Positions 33,398 to 38,127 of a stretch of DNA of 38,127 bases are shown piece by piece (the stretch's first letter is position 1; the number at the start of each line of letters is the position of its first letter). Location: NCBI GenBank assembly GCA_964350725.1, contig CAYGMR010000003.1, positions 1-38,127 of the forward strand, read 5' to 3'. A model generated the notes under the pieces. It saw only the letters and a list, made by a program, of their open reading frames with translations, was not told where the DNA came from and ran no database searches. The DNA comes from an uncultured Ardenticatenaceae bacterium (GTDB lineage: Bacteria > Chloroflexota > Anaerolineae > Promineifilales > Promineifilaceae). The translations under genes and the position numbers were made by a program.

Positions 33398-35065
33398 ATG
33401 GAGATAAAGCAGTATATCATCCCTCTACGCAAATGGTGGTGGCTCATTATAGCTGCCGCGTTGGTTGCCTCAGTATCCAGTTACTTGATGGTTCAACGCC
33501 AGCCGCCACTTTATCAGACGAGAACCGCACTGGTTATGGGGCAAGCGATAAACGATCCAAATCCAAATGGATCGGGTATCTATTTTATTTCTACCCTGCT
33601 GGGAACCTATGCAGATATTGCTAATCGTGAACCGGTCAAGCAAGCGACGATGGACGCATTGGGTTTGACCTGGCTGCCTGAATATGAAGTAAAAGTTTTA
33701 TCGAATACGCCCTTGCTGGAAATAAGTGTTGTCGATACCAACCCAGAACGCGCAACGGCCGTTGCCAACGAATTAGCCAACCAGCTAGTCTTAGCCAGCC
33801 CTGCCAGCACCGAACAAGATGAATACGAACGGCAAGCGTTTATCAACCAACAGCTCGATAATTTGGAAGTTCAAATCCAAGAAACGACGGACGAATTGGA
33901 GATCAAACAGGCCGAATTGGGTGAACTGTTTAGCGCCCGCCAAATCGCTGACATGCAAACGGACATCGACGCCCTAGACGGCAAACTCAATACGCTGCAA
34001 AACAATTATGCGGTGTTGCTCTCAAATACAAATGAGGGTGCATTAAACAGCCTGAGCGTCATCGAACCAGCCGCATTACCCCAAAAACCAATTAATTCTA
34101 ACAAAATCATGACCATTGTTGCCGCCGGTATCATTGGCATCATTTTAGCCATATCTGCAGCGTACTTGTTGGAATATCTCGATAACTCGATCAAAACTCC
34201 TGAAGACATCAGCCGCGAATTGAATTTGCCCGTCATTGGCTACATTGGCGATATTCCATCAGCCGAGGAGCGCGGTTTAGTGGTTGTGGATTCACCACGC
34301 GCCCCCATCGCTGAGGCTTTTCGTTCGTTACGTACCAACTTGGAGTTTGCCGGCGTTGACAAACCGCTCAAGACAATTTTGGTTACAAGCCCCGGCCCTG
34401 GCGAAGGCAAAACGACCGTCTCAACAAATTTAGCCGCTGTTATCTCACAGGGGAATAAACGGGTTGCTTTGATCGATGCCGACCTGCGCCGGCCGAGCAT
34501 CCATAAACGCTTGGGCATATCAAACCGACGCGGACTGAGCGATATTTTCCGTGGCCAGTTAGATATCCGTGATGTGATACGGCCGTGGCGTAATAGTTTT
34601 GCTGTCATCACGAGCGGCAGTTTGCCACCCAATCCAGCCGAGTTGTTGGGCTCCGCCAAAATGAGCGAAATGCTTTCTGAACTAGAGAAGTTTACCGATA
34701 TGGTTGTATTGGACAGCCCGCCATTTTTGGTGACAGATGCCCCTGTATTAGCTGCAAAGGCGGATGGTGTGATTTTAGTCATTCGTCCTGGACGCACACC
34801 GGTGGACGCAGCTAAAGCGATGATGGAGCAGTTAGATCGTGTTGGGGCGCGTGTGGTTGGTGTTGTGCTCAATCGCGTGCCGCGCAGTGGCTCTTACTAT
34901 TATAGTTATAAATATTACTCCCCTTATTATGGACATGATGACAGTTCAAACAGCGGGGCAATACAAGATGATGAGCAACCTCACGCTGAACCGGGCGTAA
35001 GTCGCCTGGGGGCACTTTTTGGCCGCTCAAATCGGTCTGCTGTGAGTGTGATTGATGAAAGCTGA
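33398..35065 (+). CDS. Fused polysaccharide co-polymerase (Wzz domain) / bacterial tyrosine kinase (Wzc/EpsB-like)
   Basis: N-terminal TM, then a coiled extracytoplasmic domain, then a second TM. Walker A SPGPGEGKTT, Walker A' LIDADLRRPS and Walker B MVVLDSPP. C-terminal tyrosine cluster SGSYYYSYKYYSPYYG. Confidence 0.9.
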   Translation: MEIKQYIIPLRKWWWLIIAAALVASVSSYLMVQRQPPLYQTRTALVMGQAINDPNPNGSGIYFISTLLGTYADIANREPVKQATMDALGLTWLPEYEVKVLSNTPLLEISVVDTNPERATAVANELANQLVLASPASTEQDEYERQAFINQQLDNLEVQIQETTDELEIKQAELGELFSARQIADMQTDIDALDGKLNTLQNNYAVLLSNTNEGALNSLSVIEPAALPQKPINSNKIMTIVAAGIIGIILAISAAYLLEYLDNSIKTPEDISRELNLPVIGYIGDIPSAEERGLVVVDSPRAPIAEAFRSLRTNLEFAGVDKPLKTILVTSPGPGEGKTTVSTNLAAVISQGNKRVALIDADLRRPSIHKRLGISNRRGLSDIFRGQLDIRDVIRPWRNSFAVITSGSLPPNPAELLGSAKMSEMLSELEKFTDMVVLDSPPFLVTDAPVLAAKADGVILVIRPGRTPVDAAKAMMEQLDRVGARVVGVVLNRVPRSGSYYYSYKYYSPYYGHDDSSNSGAIQDDEQPHAEPGVSRLGALFGRSNRSAVSVIDES

Positions 35066-35093
35066 TTGTTTTTGGCTGTTGGACGAACTACAT

Positions 35094-35156
35094 AGATTTG
35101 TCAATTTTCTACCACGAGTGGATTGCGAACAATTTTGTTAAAAACTTGACAAATCT
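35094..35156. repeat. Short unit bounded by the same inverted 11-mers AGATTTGTCAA / TTGACAAATCT
   Basis: AGATTTGTCAA at 35094-35104 and TTGACAAATCT at 35146-35156. The interior CCACGAGTGGATTGCGAACAATTTT is a degenerate CACGRATT-type segment. Confidence 0.6.
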
Positions 35157-35163
35157 CCACGTT

Positions 35164-35192
35164 GCCCTTGTATCCAACAAGGGCTTTTTTTT
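35164..35192 (+). terminator. Rho-independent terminator
   Basis: GCCCTTGT at 35164-35171 pairs with ACAAGGGC at 35177-35184. The loop is 5 nt and is followed by 8 T (35185-35192). It lies about 100 nt after the BY-kinase stop. Confidence 0.85.
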
Positions 35193-35198
35193 GTCCAA

Positions 35199-35240
35199 AT
35201 TACGAGGATTTACGCTTTTTTCACGAGAGCTTTACGAATT
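35199..35240. repeat. Degenerate remnant of the CACGRATT repeat family
   Basis: AATTACGAGGATTTACGC...TCACGAGAGCTTTACGAATT resembles AATTACACGGATTTCACGAATT. No clean hairpin. Confidence 0.35.
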
Positions 35241-35438
35241 ATGCATTGGAAAGGGATGGAAAAGCTTCTATGCTTAGTACTTGAGTAACGAATGTGGGGT
35301 GGACGATTAAATAATAGACGGAAATTCAGCGTCAGCCCTGGGGAATGGTAAGGAAACAACTTCGCGTTCTTATTAAAATTCTGTTCCCACGGCAGCTTAT
35401 TGGTAGTATGTAATATAAAAATTTAACGGAAGTAAAAC

Positions 35439-36509
35439 ATGGCTCTCCCTGAAGAACTAATTCCAGTAAATCGAAATGATTCTAATATCCCCGTGGTTTG
35501 CCCTTATTTGGGCACAATGCCGGATCCCCATACATCAGTTGCTTACCCATCCGGTGCTAATTTTTGTCACCGGACGGATAATCCTCAGTTAGTTAGCCCT
35601 GCCCATCAGGGTCAAGTTTGTCTACTTGAAGCGTATGATAATTGCGCTACCTATCGCGATGCTCTTATTCCTGTTAAAAGTATTGATGTGGGAGGGCCGG
35701 TCAAAAAGAAATCGAATTGGAAACGGCCGTTAGCCATTGTTGCCGTTATCTTGCTCTTTGGTGTGGTTTTGTTTGGTGCCTACGCCATGTTTTCCCCTTT
35801 CAGCACTGAACCCGTAGATGCGTCAGCACCATCCATCCAAGATTCAGAAGAAACGGCATTAGCCAGCATAAGTGTACCGACGCCAACCTTGATAGCTGTT
35901 TCAACAGAAGATGTGTCAGGAGAAGATGTGTCAGAAGTCATTGACGTAGATGCCATCACAACTGATGCTGCCCAGACAGACACAATCGCCGAAGAGGCTG
36001 AGGAAATTGAAGCCCCACCTACCGCTGCAGAAAACGAAAATGAGATAGATGCGTCTTCTGAAGAAGCGAAAAAGGCACCTATTTCCCAGACCCCAGCTCC
36101 CACAGCAATTCCTGATTTGAAAGAAGATACAGCATTTTTTGATTTCGATGATATCGACGCCTTCGATTCAGCCGATGAATTTGCAAGTGCGACCGAGCCT
36201 TCGTCTATTGCTGAGGAAACCGCTGCGGAAACTGTTGAACCGACTCCCGCTGCTAATACGGATATTGCTGATGGAACGGCCGTAATCCGCACAGGTGCAT
36301 TAAATGTCCGCAGCGGCCCTGGCCCACAATTCCCTTCAATTGCGCTTGCCTACAATGGCCAACACGTCATTTTATTAGGTCGCAATGGTGATAATTCCTG
36401 GGTAAAAGTTCGCCTCCTCAACGGCCCTGTCGGTTGGATTTATGCCGCGCATATCGAACCAGGCCAACCCCTGGACGAAATCCCCTTCATCCCCCGCGCA
36501 CAACGATAA
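35439..36509 (+). CDS. Single-pass membrane protein: N-terminal Cys-containing cytoplasmic module, acidic low-complexity linker, C-terminal bacterial SH3 (SH3b) domain
   Basis: N-terminus VVCPYLG...ANFCHR...QVCLLEAYDNCATY. TM LAIVAVILLFGVVLFGAYAMF. Acidic linker rich in E, D, A and T. C-terminus GTAVIRTGALNVRSGPGPQFPSIALAYNGQHVILLGRNGDNSWVKVRLLNGPVGWIYAAHI is an SH3_3-type pattern. GGAAG SD. Confidence 0.7.
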   Translation: MALPEELIPVNRNDSNIPVVCPYLGTMPDPHTSVAYPSGANFCHRTDNPQLVSPAHQGQVCLLEAYDNCATYRDALIPVKSIDVGGPVKKKSNWKRPLAIVAVILLFGVVLFGAYAMFSPFSTEPVDASAPSIQDSEETALASISVPTPTLIAVSTEDVSGEDVSEVIDVDAITTDAAQTDTIAEEAEEIEAPPTAAENENEIDASSEEAKKAPISQTPAPTAIPDLKEDTAFFDFDDIDAFDSADEFASATEPSSIAEETAAETVEPTPAANTDIADGTAVIRTGALNVRSGPGPQFPSIALAYNGQHVILLGRNGDNSWVKVRLLNGPVGWIYAAHIEPGQPLDEIPFIPRAQR

Positions 36510-36597
36510 GTAGCCGTTCGGAAATAACTTAACGATTTCAACCCGAACGGCTACTGAAGCCCATTTGCCAATTCCGCTAACTTATTTGCGAATGGGC
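36510..36597 (+). terminator. Two tandem stem-loops just after the stop codon (possible terminator or mRNA stabiliser; no T-tract)
   Basis: GTAGCCGTTCGG at 36510-36521 pairs with CCGAACGGCTAC at 36543-36554. GCCCATTTGC at 36559-36568 pairs with GCGAATGGGC at 36588-36597 (one G-U). Confidence 0.4.
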
Positions 36598-36698
36598 ACT
36601 AAGTACTGCATCTTCTAACGGCTGCAACAAATTGAGGATAGAACAAATTTGAATTCCGAGAAAAATTCGTTCCTTCCTTAATTCGCTGTAGCTTTCGT

Positions 36699-36727
36699 TT
36701 TACCCATCGCCCCACGTTCAGTATAAT
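36699..36727 (+). promoter_or_regulatory. Sigma70-like promoter (TTTACC-17-TATAAT) ending 6 nt before the ABC-F start codon
   Basis: Perfect -10 TATAAT at 36722-36727. The -35-like TTTACC at 36699-36704 has 17-nt spacing. There is no SD between the -10 box and the ATG at 36734. Confidence 0.45.
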
Positions 36728-36733
36728 CACAGC

Positions 36734-38127
36734 ATGTCTATCCTATCTACAAGCAACGTTGGGCAAGCTTTTGGTGCCTATGACGTATTCAGCGGCGTAA
36801 CTGTCAGCATTCCCAATGACGGCAAAATTGGTCTAGTCGGCCCCAATGGCGTTGGCAAAACCACGTTGTTATACATTTTAGTTGGGATGAGTTCCCCTTC
36901 AGCCGGCAGCGTACACATCGCACGCGGTACACGCTTGGGCTATCTTTCACAAGAATCTTCTGATGCCTTCATCGGCCGCAACCACAGTGTCTATGACGAA
37001 ATGTTGACGGTTTTTGCAGAGCTGCGAGCAACGGCCGATCGTTTACGCGCAATGGAAGCCACCATGGCTGATGGCGAATTTAGCGACGAGCTTTTTGCCA
37101 CCTATAGTGCCCTGCAAGAAAAATTTGAATACGACGGCGGCTATGATTATGATCTTCGCATTCGCCAGGTTTTAACCGGTCTTGGTTTTGATGAGGTGTC
37201 CTGGGCGCAATCGCTTGATCATCTCAGCGGCGGCCAAAAAACACGTGCCTTGTTGGCGCGTCTCTTGCTTGAAAAACCAGATTTGCTTGTATTAGATGAA
37301 CCGACCAACCATTTGGATGTCCAAGCGATCGAATGGCTTGAGGGGATGCTTAGATTATGGGAAGGCGCACTGCTGATCGTTAGCCACGACCGTTATTTCC
37401 TTGACCGTGTCGTCAACACGATTTGGGAGATGAGTCATGTCGGCATCGAAAGCTACCGGGGGAATTACAGCGCCTATTTGCTGCAGCGGCAGGATCGTTG
37501 GCAGCAAAAACAGATCGCCTTTGACACCTTTAAGGCCCATGCACTCAAAGAAATGGACTATATCCGCCGCAATATCGCCGGCCAGCGCACCCAGATGGCA
37601 CAGGGTAAATTGAGCCGCTTGGCACGCGAGGTCGAGGCTGTACGCGTGGGCGGTCTAGATATTTTAGGCACCTTAAATAGTAAAGGGTGGCTGCAAGTCT
37701 CGAATCAACTCGATTTGCGGCGACCCGCGCAAAGAGTGGGCGAACTGCAGGAAGCAATTGGCGCACTGCGACCACCGACCCGCCCGCCAGTTCTCAAAAT
37801 GCGCCTGCACACAGCCATGCGCAGTGGCAATATTGTCCTGCGTACCACGGACCTGGAGGTGGGGTATCCGGGTTTGTCTTTGTTCGAGGCCGAGGATATC
37901 GAACTATTCCGCCAGGAAGTGGCGGCACTGATCGGGCCGAACGGCAGTGGCAAAACGACTTTTTTGCGTACGATATTGGAAAAAATGCCACCGTTGGCAG
38001 GAAAGATTAAATTGGGAGCCAGCCTAAAGGTCGGCTATTTTGCACAGGCACATGATTCATTAAACCCAGACAGCACGGTCTTGGATGAATTGTTGGCGCA
38101 TAAACATATGTTGTTGGGCGAAGCACG
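36734..38127 (+). CDS. ABC-F family ATPase (two tandem NBDs, no TM domain), 3' end truncated by the window edge
   Basis: My own translation reads MSILSTSNVGQAFGAYDVFSGVTVSIPNDGKIGLVGPNGVGKTTLL. Signature and Walker B LSGGQKTRALLARLLLEKPDLLVLDEPTNHLD near 37220-37320. Second Walker A IGPNGSGKTT near 37925-37960. An in-frame stop at 36689 means the ATG at 36734 is the first possible start. The ORF is absent from the track because it is open at the window end. Confidence 0.9.
   Translation, partial: MSILSTSNVGQAFGAYDVFSGVTVSIPNDGKIGLVGPNGVGKTTLLYILVGMSSPSAGSVHIARGTRLGYLSQESSDAFIGRNHSVYDEMLTVFAELRATADRLRAMEATMADGEFSDELFATYSALQEKFEYDGGYDYDLRIRQVLTGLGFDEVSWAQSLDHLSGGQKTRALLARLLLEKPDLLVLDEPTNHLDVQAIEWLEGMLRLWEGALLIVSHDRYFLDRVVNTIWEMSHVGIESYRGNYSAYLLQRQDRWQQKQIAFDTFKAHALKEMDYIRRNIAGQRTQMAQGKLSRLAREVEAVRVGGLDILGTLNSKGWLQVSNQLDLRRPAQRVGELQEAIGALRPPTRPPVLKMRLHTAMRSGNIVLRTTDLEVGYPGLSLFEAEDIELFRQEVAALIGPNGSGKTTFLRTILEKMPPLAGKIKLGASLKVGYFAQAHDSLNPDSTVLDELLAHKHMLLGEA

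Larger units (their letters stand above)
127..36293. repeat. Dispersed hyper-abundant palindromic octamer ACGGCCGT (extended form AACGGCCGTT), about 54 exact copies
   Basis: Manual scan for CGGCCG cores gave 54 exact ACGGCCGT, about 24 of them the full decamer AACGGCCGTT. About 20 one-off variants were also seen (ACGGCCGA/TCGGCCGT, GCGGCCGT). Chance expectation for an octamer in 38.1 kb at about 50% GC is about 0.6. See the first finding for coordinates. Confidence 0.9.

Noticed and set aside
34240-34872. 210-aa ORF on the - strand
   Set aside because: It is antisense to the BY-kinase domain, whose Walker motifs are unambiguous on the + strand. It is a shadow ORF.
2600-35100. The glycan island as a recently acquired mobile genomic island
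   Set aside because: There is no integrase, transposase, flanking tRNA or direct repeats. The host-specific iterated palindrome is as dense in most island genes as in the flanking housekeeping genes, which argues for long residence.
35780-36292. 170-aa ORF on the - strand, rich in Ser and Ala
   Set aside because: It is antisense to the acidic low-complexity linker of the SH3b protein, so it is an artefact of GAA/GAT/GCT-rich repeats.
37355-38010. Several 60-107 aa ORFs on both strands near the right edge
   Set aside because: All lie inside the open ABC-F reading frame that starts at 36734. That frame shows clear Walker and signature motifs, so these are out-of-frame or antisense shadows.
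1-38127. Cyanobacterial HIP1 (GCGATCGC) enrichment
   Set aside because: I saw only partial matches (GCGATCGT near 13747 and GCGATCGA near 37325). The iterated palindrome here is a different sequence.

Overview
All genes but one lie on the + strand. The window is dominated by a ~33 kb surface-glycan (EPS, O-antigen-like or glycoconjugate) biosynthesis island (about 2.6-35.1 kb). Housekeeping genes flank it: an S1-domain RNA-binding protein (- strand) and birA on the left, and a partial ABC-F ATPase on the right.

The island encodes:
- 5 GT2, 5 GT4 and 1 GT-C (PMT/ArnT-like) glycosyltransferases, plus one initiating polyprenyl-phosphate sugar phosphotransferase.
- A Wzm/Wzt ABC exporter; Wzt carries a C-terminal extension.
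- Two Wzy/WaaL-family membrane proteins, one fused to TPRs.
- A fused Wzz-domain/BY-kinase.
- A NeuD/PglD-like N-acetyltransferase plus a DegT aminotransferase, and two further hexapeptide acetyltransferases.
- A sulfotransferase and a B12-binding radical SAM enzyme.
- Two paralogous membrane-anchored BNR/Asp-box beta-propeller proteins with Pro/Thr-rich stalks.

No transposase, integrase, CRISPR array, tRNA or rRNA was seen.

Two DNA-level signals are not explained by the genes:
1. The palindromic octamer ACGGCCGT (often AACGGCCGTT) occurs about 54 times by my manual count, against about 0.6 expected by chance. Every copy is inside a CDS, and the copies use all three reading frames. This looks like a HIP-like highly iterated palindrome.
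2. A family of 80-210 bp foldback repeats built from CACGRATTW 9-mers sits in the intergenic gaps at four transcription-unit boundaries.

Taxon cannot be established from the sequence alone. The absence of a Wza-type outer-membrane exporter and the protein styles suggest a monoderm or atypical lineage such as Chloroflexota, but that is a guess.

All functional calls rest on motifs read from the translations. No database search was possible.
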